NCBI GenBank assembly: GCA_965228195.1
Contig: OZ245797.1
Location: 356,383-420,382 of the forward strand
DNA from: Candidatus Cloacimonadales bacterium
GTDB taxonomy: Bacteria; Cloacimonadota; Cloacimonadia; G963667145
Length of the DNA stretch: 64,000 bases
Direction: 5' to 3'
Positions within the stretch are counted from its first letter, which is position 1. The number at the start of each line of letters is the position of its first letter. Shown piece by piece: positions 32,560-42,774 of this stretch. The notes under the pieces were generated by a model that saw only the letters and a list, made by a program, of their open reading frames with translations, searched no databases and had not been told where the DNA came from. The position numbers and the translations under genes were made by a program.

Positions 32560-32880
32560 CTTGAGTATATACTTTTTTTTCAGTTACACTAAGTTACGCA
32601 AAGTTGGAACACTGAGTTACTCAATGTTTTTTTTAACATAAAATTAAGTATCAATACTTGGTGACACTTTGTGCATTAACTTAGTGCTACTTTGTGCTAC
32701 TTTATTTTTAGGTTCACTAAGTTACTCAAAGTTGAAAATCTAAGGCACACAATGTTTTTTCTTATTATAAAAGTTAAGTATAAATACTTAGTGTTACTTT
32801 GTGCATTAACTTGGTGGCACTTTGTGGTACTCCTTAGTTACACAATTTTCAATTTTAAATTATCAACTATCAATTTCCCT
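32560..32880. repeat. tandem array (about 2.5 units) of the same about 120-bp repeat, right block
   Basis: Units at about 32578-32700 and 32700-32835, plus a partial unit running into the valS stop. Confidence 0.7.
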
Positions 32881-35514
32881 CTATTCCAGCCCTGCCAGTA
32901 GCTCGCTCACCTTGTCCATCTTGCCCTTCACCTCGTCGTATTTTCCTTTCTCTTTTTCCACGATCGCCGCCGGAGCACAAGAGGTAAACTTCTGGTTGTT
33001 GAGTTTGCCACAGATAACCTTGAACTCTTTCTCCAGCTTCTGCAACTGCTTTTTCAGCTTGCTCTTCTCTTCTTCCAGATCTACCATGCCGCTCAAAGGC
33101 ATAAAAATCTCCAAGTTCTCCACCACACCTGCTATCGCCTGAGATGGCTTTGACAGGTTCACTGCCACTTGTGGAGCCTCACAATTGGCTAGTAAGACGA
33201 CATACTGGCTATAATCGGCAAACAGTTTGACATCTTTCTGGGCAGAAGCTTTGATCAAAATCTTGACCTTTTGAGCTGGGGACAAACCCACCTGCTTCTT
33301 GAGATTGCGGATAGTGGTGATCGCCGCCTGAATGCAGTCCATATCGGCGATAATCTGCTCATCAATCTGGGACTTTTCGCACTTGGGGAACTCTGCCACG
33401 GTAACCACTTCGGCTAAATCGGAGAGATACTCCTTGATCTTGGCAAAGATCTCTTCGGTGATAAAAGGCATAATCGGGTGCAAGAGTCGCATAGATTTTT
33501 GCATAATATCCAAAAGCACGAACTGGACGGTGTTCTTTCGTTTGGCATCATCACCATACATCCTCTCTTTGGACAGCTCCAGATACCACGAGCAAAACTC
33601 TTTCCAGATAAAATCTATCAAGCAGGCGGCAACATCGTTAAACCTTAGCTTTTCATAATTTTCCTCGACCTGCTTTGTCACCTTTGCAAACCGCGCGTAG
33701 ATCCATCTATCGGCTAGCTCCAGCTGCAGATTGTCTTTATCGGGAGCCGAGTTTATATCTTGCAAGATGTAGCGAGTGGCGTTCCAAAGCTTGTTGGTGA
33801 AGTTCCTGCCCGTCTCCAAAATCTTGTGCGAGTAATAACTATCCTCACCTTTGGGCGTGTGGTAGATGATGGCAAAACGCAAAGCGTCGGCTCCCACCTG
33901 CTCGATCAAATCCAGCGGATTAGGCGAGTTACCCAAAGATTTGCTCATCTTCCTACCTTGCTCGTCGCGCACTATTCCGTGCAACAACACCGTATCGAAA
34001 GGAATGGTGTTTTTAAACTCCAAGGTGGTCATTATCATCCTGGCAACCCACAAGTAGATGATCTCGGGGGCAGTTATCAGCACATTGGTCGGCAAAAAAT
34101 ATTGCAAATCGTCGGTCTCTTGGGGCCAGCCCAAGGTAGAAAAAGGCCACAAAGCCGAAGAGAACCAAGTGTCCAAAACATCCTCGTCTTGACGGAACTT
34201 CTGGCAACCACACTCGGGACAACTTTGCGGAGCCGATTTTGCCACGACGATCTTCCCACAACTCTCACAGTAGTAAGCAGGTATCCGATGACCCCACCAT
34301 ATTTGCCGAGAGATGCACCAGTCACGCACATTCTCCATCCAGTGCAGATAAACTTTCTTCCATCTAGCTGGCTGAAACTCAATCTCGCCGCTTTTCACTT
34401 TTGCGATAGCCGGAGCCGCCAACGGTTTCATATCCACAAACCATTGATCCGACAAGAACGGCTCGATGGTGGTATCACAACGATAACATTTGCCCACCGT
34501 GTGCGGATAATCTTCGGTTGCGCCCAAAACCCCCTCTTTAGCTAAAAGCTCTAACACCTTCTGGCGAGCCGCTTCTCTGCTCAAGCCAACAAACTCTGCT
34601 CCTGCCTCGGCACTCATCTTGCCGTGCTCATCGATGATGCTGATCGTCTCCAGATGGTGGCGTTGCCCGATCTCAAAATCGTTAGGGTCGTGCGCCGGGG
34701 TTATCTTCAGGCAACCGGTGCCAAAAGCGGTGTCCACATAATCGTCCGCTATAACGGGAATCTCTTTGTGAACGATGGGCAAAACAACTTTTTTGCCGAT
34801 CAAGTTTTTATACCGCTCATCGCCAGGATTTACTGCCACGGCGGTGTCTGCCATCATCGTCTCGGGTCTGGTGGTGGCGATCGTCACAAAGCCGCTTCCG
34901 TCTGCCAGCGGATACCGAACTTCGTAAAGTTTACCGGCTTCCTCTTTGTGCTCCACCTCGTCGTTGGCTAGAGCGGTAGTGCAGCGCGGACACCAGTTGA
35001 TGATGCGCTTCCCTTTGTAAATCAGCCCCTTCTCATAAAGGCGAATAAACACCTCTTTGACTGCCTGCGAGAGCCCTTCGTCCATGGTGAACCTTAGCCT
35101 CGACCAGTCGCACGAACAGCCCAGCTGTTTGAGTTGCTCCAAGATCGTCCCGCCTTTGTCCTCTTTCCACTTCCAAATCCTCTTGATCAGATCTTCTCTG
35201 CCCACATCGAAGCGCGTCTTACCCTCTTTGGCAATCTCTTTTTCGACCATGTTTTGGGTAGCAATACCGGCGTGATCGGTGCCGGGTATCCAAAGAGCGT
35301 TAAACCCTTTCATCCTTTTGTAACGCACCAAGATGTCTTGTAAGGTGTTGTTCAACACATGCCCCATATGCAAGACGCCAGTCACATTCGGCGGCGGGAT
35401 AAGGACAGTAAAAGGCTCTTTATCTTCGTTTGGCTTTGGCGAAAAATATCCATTATCTTGCCAAATCTGATACCATTTCTTCTCAATATCTTGGGGATTA
35501 TAAGCTTTCTGCAT
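32881..35514 (-). CDS. valS: valyl-tRNA synthetase
   Basis: 877 aa. HMGH (VLHMGHVLN) and KMSKS motifs, and a C-terminal coiled-coil. Confidence 0.95.
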   Translation of the reverse strand: MQKAYNPQDIEKKWYQIWQDNGYFSPKPNEDKEPFTVLIPPPNVTGVLHMGHVLNNTLQDILVRYKRMKGFNALWIPGTDHAGIATQNMVEKEIAKEGKTRFDVGREDLIKRIWKWKEDKGGTILEQLKQLGCSCDWSRLRFTMDEGLSQAVKEVFIRLYEKGLIYKGKRIINWCPRCTTALANDEVEHKEEAGKLYEVRYPLADGSGFVTIATTRPETMMADTAVAVNPGDERYKNLIGKKVVLPIVHKEIPVIADDYVDTAFGTGCLKITPAHDPNDFEIGQRHHLETISIIDEHGKMSAEAGAEFVGLSREAARQKVLELLAKEGVLGATEDYPHTVGKCYRCDTTIEPFLSDQWFVDMKPLAAPAIAKVKSGEIEFQPARWKKVYLHWMENVRDWCISRQIWWGHRIPAYYCESCGKIVVAKSAPQSCPECGCQKFRQDEDVLDTWFSSALWPFSTLGWPQETDDLQYFLPTNVLITAPEIIYLWVARMIMTTLEFKNTIPFDTVLLHGIVRDEQGRKMSKSLGNSPNPLDLIEQVGADALRFAIIYHTPKGEDSYYSHKILETGRNFTNKLWNATRYILQDINSAPDKDNLQLELADRWIYARFAKVTKQVEENYEKLRFNDVAACLIDFIWKEFCSWYLELSKERMYGDDAKRKNTVQFVLLDIMQKSMRLLHPIMPFITEEIFAKIKEYLSDLAEVVTVAEFPKCEKSQIDEQIIADMDCIQAAITTIRNLKKQVGLSPAQKVKILIKASAQKDVKLFADYSQYVVLLANCEAPQVAVNLSKPSQAIAGVVENLEIFMPLSGMVDLEEEKSKLKKQLQKLEKEFKVICGKLNNQKFTSCAPAAIVEKEKGKYDEVKGKMDKVSELLAGLE

Positions 35515-35528
35515 CGCCTTTTCCTTCC

Positions 35529-37898
35529 TTATTTTGCTACTGAGTTTCTTTGAACAAACTCAGCAAATTTTTCTTTTTGACTGACAAAAGCCCGCTTGTA
35601 TTCACCTTCCGAGACCCTGACGGCCACATCTATCATCTTTGCTGCCAAATCGAAATTGGATGTTTGCGAGGCTAACCTGATATGAGCCTTGTAATAGGTG
35701 TTCGCCACGAAGTTGCTCATCCTGGTCACATCGGAGTCTTTGAAGTAAGAGTCGTCGGCAAAACTTTCGACATAACAGACACTCAAAAGGTTTTTGATCG
35801 TCCTTTCCAAAGCCAGCTTCTCGTCCGGCTTCTCAACTACCCTTTGCACAAACCCCTCGTCTTGCCAATGTTCGCTAAAAAGTATATCTTCACTAGAGGT
35901 GGAAGCAAAATAGATGGGTCGCTTGCCGAAGTTGTTTTTGATAATCTGCAAAATCGCCAAATCACGCACATACATCACTTTCCCTTTTTTCAACTTGGTA
36001 GAAAGCAAAACATTGCCCGTCTGCTCATCGTAAAGCCTAAAGGAGCGATCTTCTTGGATATAAAAAGGTCGCAGACGCTCGATCTCGGCATCGCTCCAGC
36101 CGAAGATGACCCCGTTCTTATCTCTTATCTGGCGGATATACCAAGGTGTGTTGATCAGACTCAGGTTGACTATTGCCACATCGGGACGAATACCCTCGCG
36201 CTGGACAGCTTTCAATGCCTGGGTGGCAGCAATCCTTTTCTTCGTAGTCACATCAGGAGCGACATCTGTGGCAGGTTGCACCGTCTCGTGCTTCTTGCCG
36301 TAAGGGTCGAAACACGCCTGCGCATACCACAAAGGGAAAGTGTCGTTATCGCCGTTGGTAAAGATAATCGCATTCTCCTGACAAGAGTTCAAGAAGTTAG
36401 CCGCATACTCCATCGCCGTGAAGTTGGTGCGTCTGTTATGAATGTAATACATCGAGACGAAGTTCATGGCAGGGAAAACGAAGATAAGAAGAAGAGCCAA
36501 CTGCCGAAAGTACTTTTTTTGTTTGAGTAGATACGCCAACCAAACCAAGCCCATCGACATCCAAATCGTCCACATATTAAAAGCGGAGGCAAAGAAATAC
36601 TCCCTGTTGCGCACCTCGTGATCGGTTAGGTTCATTATCACGACCATCGCCACCGTGGTCATAAACACAAAAGAAGCAAAAAACCAAAAAGATCTCTTAC
36701 GCATCTTATACTGGAAAATCGCTCCGGCTACACCCGACAAAAGGATGAAAGAGTGAACAAGGAAGCCAACAAACCCTTTGGATAAACCCAGCAACTTGCT
36801 CAAATAAGGGATGTAAAAAAACTGCTCCCCGAAGTAGCGTAAGAAATGGAAGTTTATTTGATAAAAGATGGGAGAGTTTCGGTGCATAAAGTTAGAGCCG
36901 CCATACTGTTTTCGCAAAAGAAAATCGACGAAAGCTCCCCAAGTGGAAGGGTTGGACTCGTTGATGTAAGGAGTTTGCCCGGCACGAATTATCAAAAGCA
37001 GGTGACACGAAAAGCCCAAAAAAACAAACAAGCCGCCCAGTAACCAAACTTTTTTTTGGACACTATCTCTCAAGAAGTAGTAAAGGATTGCAAAAGCTCC
37101 CAAAGCGAAAAGGATCTTGGACAAACTGCTGATGCCCAAAGCTTCTCCAACAGGATAGCCCAAAAGCAAAACACAAAGCAAGGCGAACCCATAAACCCCG
37201 ACCTTGATCCAGAAGTTGTTGTCGTGAAAATGAGGATGAATCTTGGGGTAGATAGCGACAAACAAGATGGCTGGCACGATCTGCAAAACGGTCTGGTGAA
37301 AGCTAAAGCCGATAAAAAGCAGATAGACGATCAGCAAAAGCATATTTTGCCACGCCAAGTCGGACACCTTCTCGCGCCAAACAAGGGTCAACCAGATGCA
37401 CAAGTTGACGAAAGCCAAAGCTCCGGCATAAACCTCCGCCTCTATGGCGTTGTTCCAGATGGAGTGAGAGAAAGCGGTGAAAAGAGCCGCTATGATGCCG
37501 ATGGCGTAAACATAAGCACCGTCCTCTTTTTTGGTGAACATCAATTTTGCCAACTTCACCCCGATCAGGTAAGTAAAAAGAGTAGCAAAAGAGGACATCA
37601 GTCCAGAGTAGAAGTTCACCAGCACGGCGTCCGTGAAGAAGCCAAAAGTCACCACATCCAAAAACTTGCCCAGCAAAACATAAAATGGGTTGCCGGGAGG
37701 ATGTGGCACTCCCAAAAATGTGCAACCAGGGATAAACTCGCCACAATCCCAGAAGTTTACGGTGCTGCTCTCACAGTAGGTATAGACAGCCAAGACAGAG
37801 AAAAATATGGCTGTTGCCAACAGATAGTGCGTTTTTTTGTCGATTCTTATCATCTTCACCTCAAAATTATCGAATATTTTTGGCAAAGAACGAAACAA
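35529..37898 (-). CDS. DUF2723 (TMEM260/PMT-like) polytopic membrane protein, putative glycosyltransferase
   Basis: N-terminal ...TVNFWDCGEFIPGCTFLGVPHPPGNPFYVLLGKF is the DUF2723 signature. More than 12 TM helices plus a C-terminal soluble domain. Confidence 0.8.
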   Translation of the reverse strand: MFRSLPKIFDNFEVKMIRIDKKTHYLLATAIFFSVLAVYTYCESSTVNFWDCGEFIPGCTFLGVPHPPGNPFYVLLGKFLDVVTFGFFTDAVLVNFYSGLMSSFATLFTYLIGVKLAKLMFTKKEDGAYVYAIGIIAALFTAFSHSIWNNAIEAEVYAGALAFVNLCIWLTLVWREKVSDLAWQNMLLLIVYLLFIGFSFHQTVLQIVPAILFVAIYPKIHPHFHDNNFWIKVGVYGFALLCVLLLGYPVGEALGISSLSKILFALGAFAILYYFLRDSVQKKVWLLGGLFVFLGFSCHLLLIIRAGQTPYINESNPSTWGAFVDFLLRKQYGGSNFMHRNSPIFYQINFHFLRYFGEQFFYIPYLSKLLGLSKGFVGFLVHSFILLSGVAGAIFQYKMRKRSFWFFASFVFMTTVAMVVIMNLTDHEVRNREYFFASAFNMWTIWMSMGLVWLAYLLKQKKYFRQLALLLIFVFPAMNFVSMYYIHNRRTNFTAMEYAANFLNSCQENAIIFTNGDNDTFPLWYAQACFDPYGKKHETVQPATDVAPDVTTKKRIAATQALKAVQREGIRPDVAIVNLSLINTPWYIRQIRDKNGVIFGWSDAEIERLRPFYIQEDRSFRLYDEQTGNVLLSTKLKKGKVMYVRDLAILQIIKNNFGKRPIYFASTSSEDILFSEHWQDEGFVQRVVEKPDEKLALERTIKNLLSVCYVESFADDSYFKDSDVTRMSNFVANTYYKAHIRLASQTSNFDLAAKMIDVAVRVSEGEYKRAFVSQKEKFAEFVQRNSVAK

Positions 37899-37943
37899 GG
37901 CGGTTTTTGTCTATAAAAATTTTGAGAGAAAATCAGTTTTTAA

Positions 37944-39047
37944 TCAAATCGACAAAATATCTTTTCGCAATTTTTCCAATATCACTTTGGAATCAATATA
38001 AGGCTGAGCAGCTCTAGCCACCTGTGAACGAAGTGTAGATTGAAATTGCAAAGCAAAATCGTAAACTTTTTGCAAATCAAACTCACATATAAAAGCAAAA
38101 AATTTGTTTGAAAAACTAATATCACTCGTCCCAAGCACAACAGGAATTCCCATTTTTAAATTTTCGCGTATTTTTAAAGATGAACTTTGACTTATATTTA
38201 ATAAATCCATACTAAAAGAACCCAATCCGATATTGATTTTAGGGTAAAATTCGGCTAGCCACTCTTTACTTTTGTTGCCATAAATCTCCACATTTCCAAG
38301 AGATTGCGCCAATTTTTTGTCTTGTTTGTTCTTTATCTGCCCCACTAGATGCAAAACAACTTTTTCGCTCAATTCTGGATGTCTTTTGAAAGAGTTCAAA
38401 ACTTTGTCCAGTCCGTGCCAAGGCCAAAAATTAGCCACAAACCCTAGATGCAAAACTTTTGAGTCCCAAACTGGAAAATCTAAAGCGGAAAAATCCAGAT
38501 TGTCAAAAGACAAAGAGTTAGGAAAAAGTAAAGCTTTCCCTTGGTTTTTTCTTCTTCTTTTTTCATATTCCAAAATGTCGCTAGTCACCGAGACAGAGCC
38601 AGCAAACCTTCGCAAAAACCAGCCTCCAAAATGTTTCTCAAAAATATGCCTAAAATCACCAGTTTTTTTCATCTCCACGATCTCTTTACCGTGATGTTCA
38701 AAATAGATTTTTTTCTTATTTTTCAAAAACAACAAAACAATAGGATCAACCATCGTGTAGCGCAAAACTATTTTTTGATAATAAGGGGCAATTTTGTTGA
38801 TAAAATTGATCTGCATAAACCTGTAATAAAGCCGCTTCCAACCTTTGTTTTTGTCATCTAACTTGACCAAATTAAGATATTTCGGCTTGCTCAAATTGTA
38901 GTCGTAGCACGGCAAACAAAAAAAATCTATTCCCAAATTGTTCAAAGTCGAAGATTTCGCCAAATCTTCCAGCTTGTTGATTATTCCCGAAGAACAGCCA
39001 AAATTCAAAGTGATGTGGGCAATTCTGGGTTTGTTGTTTTTGCTCAT
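37944..39047 (-). CDS. putative glycosyltransferase (GT-B, GT4-like)
   Basis: C-terminal E-x7-E-like ENLKMGIPVVLGT motif and an overall GT-B length. Confidence 0.5.
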   Translation of the reverse strand: MSKNNKPRIAHITLNFGCSSGIINKLEDLAKSSTLNNLGIDFFCLPCYDYNLSKPKYLNLVKLDDKNKGWKRLYYRFMQINFINKIAPYYQKIVLRYTMVDPIVLLFLKNKKKIYFEHHGKEIVEMKKTGDFRHIFEKHFGGWFLRRFAGSVSVTSDILEYEKRRRKNQGKALLFPNSLSFDNLDFSALDFPVWDSKVLHLGFVANFWPWHGLDKVLNSFKRHPELSEKVVLHLVGQIKNKQDKKLAQSLGNVEIYGNKSKEWLAEFYPKINIGLGSFSMDLLNISQSSSLKIRENLKMGIPVVLGTSDISFSNKFFAFICEFDLQKVYDFALQFQSTLRSQVARAAQPYIDSKVILEKLRKDILSI

Positions 39048-39277
39048 TTTTCCCCAACTTTTTGATAAAACTCTGTCTTCGTTTTGTCACAGCCGACACA
39101 ACCGCTACACACTCCTTTGCAACTAAAGCTGTTTTCCACTTTTTTGAGATAGTTCTTTCGCTGCAGCTGTTGCAAAGCCAGCCTCAGCGTTTGAGGATCT
39201 TTTTTCAAAATCACCGACAAGTCGAACAAAGAGATCGTCTTTCTCTCAGCGAAGATTTTTTTTATCTGAGCAATCAT
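39044..39277 (-). CDS. feoC: FeoC-like winged-helix protein with Cys-rich C-terminus
   Basis: 77 aa. The wHTH segment LFDLSVILKKDPQTLRLALQQLQRKNYLKKV is followed by CKGVCSGCVGCD, the same layout as gammaproteobacterial FeoC. Confidence 0.5.
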   Translation of the reverse strand: MIAQIKKIFAERKTISLFDLSVILKKDPQTLRLALQQLQRKNYLKKVENSFSCKGVCSGCVGCDKTKTEFYQKVGEK

Positions 39278-39400
39278 AACTTACCTTTTTTTTGACAACC
39301 TTTTTTAAAAAAACAAGGTGCTTTTTTTTTCTATCACCGCTCTTATGAAAAAGAGACGAAAAAAAAGTAGCACCCTGTTTACTATAGTTTATTTTTTAGC

Positions 39401-39751
39401 TCAACGAACTACGATCGATTTTGCCGTTTTTCTGGGAATAACCAGCCTAGACTCACCCACACAAACCACCAGCTTATCTTTGCCGTCGTTCTTGCTCATC
39501 CTGATTATCTGCCCACTGAAAAGCCCCATTCCAACAGTTTGCTCATCGGGATTTACCACGATTCGGGCTCGTCTGTTTTCTGATAGATCTGCCAGCGGGA
39601 AGCTCCCTTCCGCTTGCCTTGCCTCACAGCGTCGCAGCCGCTCTTGCCTTGCCAAACCTTGCCCACAGCCGGATCTGAAATCTCGGCAATGACCACGACC
39701 TCTGCCCTGCTCCATGCCAACTGCATCTTTTTTGTTATGGGGAAATCTCAT
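39401..39751 (-). CDS. feoA: FeoA-domain protein (second feoA; true start probably internal)
   Basis: C-terminal 70 aa FPLADLSENRRARIVVNPDE...LVIPRKTAKSIVV has the FeoA SH3-like pattern. The N-terminal R/G-rich 45 aa of the ORF is probably not translated (Met13, or an alternative start). Confidence 0.55.
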   Translation of the reverse strand: MRFPHNKKDAVGMEQGRGRGHCRDFRSGCGQGLARQERLRRCEARQAEGSFPLADLSENRRARIVVNPDEQTVGMGLFSGQIIRMSKNDGKDKLVVCVGESRLVIPRKTAKSIVVR

Positions 39752-39778
39752 AGTTCCTCCTAAAATTTACTCTTTAAT

Positions 39779-42076
39779 TTAGTCCTCGATGGGACGATGG
39801 TATCTACTGAGTAGATACATACCAAAGGCAAATCCGCCTACAGTCAACGCAATCAGCAGCGACGATGAGCCAGGGTGAGCAAAGAAATTCGCCAATTGGT
39901 AATAAACCGTGGCTACACACCATGCCAAAATTGTCAAATAAGAACTGACTAAAACTGTCCAACCGAGGTTCGTCTCGCGGTAGATAGCCCCCACAGCGGC
40001 GACGCACGGCACATAGATGAGGATGAAAAGCAAATAGGCGTAGGCGGCTGAAACGCTACCAAACTTTTGTAACATATCGCCGAAAGTGGCAGTGTGGATC
40101 TCCAGCGCCTGAGCAGTCTCCGCTTTGCTTTGTCCAACATCGCCAAACCCTAAAGGGTCTCCCATGGCCACGAAGATCTCGCCCAAACCATCTCCCAGAG
40201 CGACGAAGGCGTCTTCTATTCCCGCCCAAAAATCGAAGCTATCGTTTTCATTAGCAACATCTTCGCTCTTTTTGTAAAGGGAGTTCAGCGTTCCCACCAC
40301 CGCCTCTTTGGCAAAAATACCTGTAAACAAACCCACCGTAGCTGGCCAGTTCTGCTCTTGGATGCCCATTGGCGTAAAAACTGGTGTTATCGTCTTGCCG
40401 ATTGCCGACAAGACCGAACTCTCCGAATCTTCGTTGCCGAAGCTACCGTTGGTGCCGATGGAGTTCAAAAAACTCAACACAACCACGATGATCATAATCG
40501 CTTTACCCGCTTTTTGGATAAACACCTTCAGTCTTTGCCAAGTGTGAAAAAAGATGCCACGGACCGTAGGAATATGGTAACTGGGAAGCTCCATCACAAA
40601 AGTGGAAACCTCACCCTTGATGAGAGTTTTTTTCATAATAAACCCGGTGAAGATAGCCAACAAGATGCCTATCAAGTAAATAGAAAAGACCATTTTACCC
40701 GCGTTGTTGGGGAAAAAAGCTGTTCCAAAAAGGACATAGACAGGAAGCCTTGCCCCGCAAGACATAAACGGAGCCATCATTATCGTCAAGAAACGGTCTT
40801 TGCGGCTCTCCAAAGTGCGAGTCGCCATTATCGCCGGCACCGTGCAACCAAAACCGACCAACATCGGCACAAAAGATTTCCCGGGCAAGCCGATGACTTT
40901 CATCAATCTATCCATCACGAAAGCTGCCCTTGCCATATACCCCGAGTCTTCCAAGATCGATAAACACAAGAAGGTGAAAAAAATCGGAGGGATGAAAGTT
41001 GCCACCGTCTGAATACCTCCACCCAAACCACCGGCTAAAAGAACTTTTGCCCAAACTGGCACTCCGATACTCTCCAGCAAAGAGCCCAAGCCATCGACAA
41101 AGATTGTGCCGGCAAATCCATCAAAAAAGTCGATGAAAGGTCCAGCTAGGTTCAAAGATGCCCAAAAAACCAAATACATCACCACCAAGAAAAGCGGAAT
41201 GCCAATCACGCGGTGCAAAACCACCTTGTCTATGGCTTCGGTGACCGACCTGCCGATCTGGTCGCTACGATTTACCACATCTTCGGCAATTCCGTTGATA
41301 AAACCGTATTTGCCATCGGCGATGACCAAATCGGCGTCTTCACCGGTGTGCTTTTCGATCTTCTCCACCAGCGTCTTGATCTTCTGGTCCAAACTATCTG
41401 GGATCACCTGATAAGCAAACTCGTCGTCTTCCAAAACTTTCACCGCCAGCCAGCGGGCATCCACACGCTCTTTTTGAGCATAAGGCTCCACCAGTGGCAA
41501 GATCTGGTCGATCTGCTGCTCGACCACCTGATCGTAAACGACTCTGGTCGCCGAGATTTTTTTTACCTCCAACTGCGTTGCGATCACCTCTTTCAACTCT
41601 TCCAAACCTTTGTTTGCTGCGGCAACAATCGGCACCACCGGACAATCCAGATGCTTGGCAAAATGTTCGACCTCGATCTTGATCTTCTTGCGTTTTACCG
41701 CGTCCATCATATTCAAGGCAACCACCACCGGCACGCGCATCTCCAGCAGTTGCGTAAGCAGATACAAACTCCGCTCCACATTGGTGGCGTCGATGATGTT
41801 GACCACCACATCGGCTTTCCCCGAGAGAATAAAGTCGCGAGTCACCTTCTCGTCGATTGAGAAGCTGGTCATCGAGTAAATCCCGGGCGTGTCCACCACC
41901 TCGATTTTGGCACCCTTATACTTCATCTGCCCACTTTTTTGCTCCACGGTCACCCCAGGCCAGTTACCCACATACTGGCTGCTGCCGGTTAAGGCGTTAA
42001 ACAGGGTGGTTTTGCCACAATTTGGGTTGCCGGTTACGGCAATAGTCATCTTCTTATTCATCCAAAGCCTCCACAT
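39779..42076 (-). CDS. feoB: ferrous iron transporter FeoB
   Basis: 765 aa. G-domain G1 GNPNCGKTTLFNALTG and G4 NMMD, followed by the gate and core polytopic membrane domain. Confidence 0.92.
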   Translation of the reverse strand: MWRLWMNKKMTIAVTGNPNCGKTTLFNALTGSSQYVGNWPGVTVEQKSGQMKYKGAKIEVVDTPGIYSMTSFSIDEKVTRDFILSGKADVVVNIIDATNVERSLYLLTQLLEMRVPVVVALNMMDAVKRKKIKIEVEHFAKHLDCPVVPIVAAANKGLEELKEVIATQLEVKKISATRVVYDQVVEQQIDQILPLVEPYAQKERVDARWLAVKVLEDDEFAYQVIPDSLDQKIKTLVEKIEKHTGEDADLVIADGKYGFINGIAEDVVNRSDQIGRSVTEAIDKVVLHRVIGIPLFLVVMYLVFWASLNLAGPFIDFFDGFAGTIFVDGLGSLLESIGVPVWAKVLLAGGLGGGIQTVATFIPPIFFTFLCLSILEDSGYMARAAFVMDRLMKVIGLPGKSFVPMLVGFGCTVPAIMATRTLESRKDRFLTIMMAPFMSCGARLPVYVLFGTAFFPNNAGKMVFSIYLIGILLAIFTGFIMKKTLIKGEVSTFVMELPSYHIPTVRGIFFHTWQRLKVFIQKAGKAIMIIVVVLSFLNSIGTNGSFGNEDSESSVLSAIGKTITPVFTPMGIQEQNWPATVGLFTGIFAKEAVVGTLNSLYKKSEDVANENDSFDFWAGIEDAFVALGDGLGEIFVAMGDPLGFGDVGQSKAETAQALEIHTATFGDMLQKFGSVSAAYAYLLFILIYVPCVAAVGAIYRETNLGWTVLVSSYLTILAWCVATVYYQLANFFAHPGSSSLLIALTVGGFAFGMYLLSRYHRPIED

Positions 42077-42740
42077 TCAAAGCGTCCGCCTCTTTCTTAC
42101 GAAGCGTCAGGTTAAAATTGTTTATCAAAATCTCGAGCGGATCTCCCATCGGAGCCACCCTTATCACCTCAAAAACTTTCCCTTTGACCAGTCCCATAGC
42201 CAAAAGTTTCTTGCGATAAGATTTGTCTTGGGTGTCGTAAGAAACGATCTTCGCCTTGTCTCCCACTTTCAAATCTTTAAGCTTCATACTCTCTCTCCTT
42301 AAAATATTATTTTGACAAGCTTTGCACTCTCCAAAAAGGTTAACTTGACAATCTTGCAAAATGAAGTTCTCGTCTTGGCAAATCTTCTCTAGGTTTTTTC
42401 TAACCAAATCGATAGATTTTTCGACAACCTTTCCACATTTTCGACACACAATATGAAAATGTTTCTGGTGACCAAAAATATGCTCATAAAACTCTTTTTC
42501 GCCATTGCCCACCGTCTTCTTGATCAGCTCACACTCTTCCAAAATCGGCAAAGTCCGATAAATGGTAGCTTTGGAAATATCTACAGATTGGTCTAAAAAG
42601 TATTTAAAAATATCGTCCGCGGCAAAATGGGTATGAGTCGAAAAGACATAACCAACAATCAGCTCTCTTTCTTTGGTAATCTTAAATCCACTGTCTTTTA
42701 GTTTCTGCAAAACCGTCTTTTTTTCTTGCATCTTCTTCAC
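42054..42740 (-). CDS. fur: Fur-family metalloregulator fused in-frame to a FeoA domain
   Basis: Residues 1-146 form a Fur fold with HHFHIVCRKCGK and FGECKAC metal sites. Residues 150-228, MKLKDLKVGDKAKIVSY...EVIRVAPMGDPLEILINNFNLTLRKKEADALNVE, are FeoA. There is no in-frame stop between them. An AAGGAG sits 8 nt upstream of the internal FeoA ATG. Confidence 0.8.
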   Translation of the reverse strand: MKKMQEKKTVLQKLKDSGFKITKERELIVGYVFSTHTHFAADDIFKYFLDQSVDISKATIYRTLPILEECELIKKTVGNGEKEFYEHIFGHQKHFHIVCRKCGKVVEKSIDLVRKNLEKICQDENFILQDCQVNLFGECKACQNNILRRESMKLKDLKVGDKAKIVSYDTQDKSYRKKLLAMGLVKGKVFEVIRVAPMGDPLEILINNFNLTLRKKEADALNVEALDE

Positions 42741-42751
42741 CTTCTTAATTG

Positions 42752-42774
42752 TAAATGCAAATCATTCTCATTTA
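42752..42774. promoter_or_regulatory. Fur box upstream of fur-feoA-feoB
   Basis: AATGCAAATCATTCTCATT matches the Fur consensus AATGATAATCATTATCATT at about 15 of 19 positions. It lies in the divergent intergenic region 42741-42862. Confidence 0.5.

Noticed and set aside
31745-32880. CRISPR array
   Set aside because: Units are about 120 bp and contiguous, without unique spacers. No cas genes are present. They are classified instead as tandem repeats.
33760-34545. 261-aa plus-strand ORF inside valS
   Set aside because: It is antisense to a valS gene that has intact HMGH/KMSKS motifs.
35682-37916. 282-aa and 286-aa plus-strand ORFs inside the DUF2723 gene
   Set aside because: They are antisense to a membrane protein gene with a clear family signature, and are R/H/Q-rich artefacts.
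40358-41860. 201-aa and 215-aa plus-strand ORFs inside feoB
   Set aside because: They are antisense to feoB (G-domain motifs intact).
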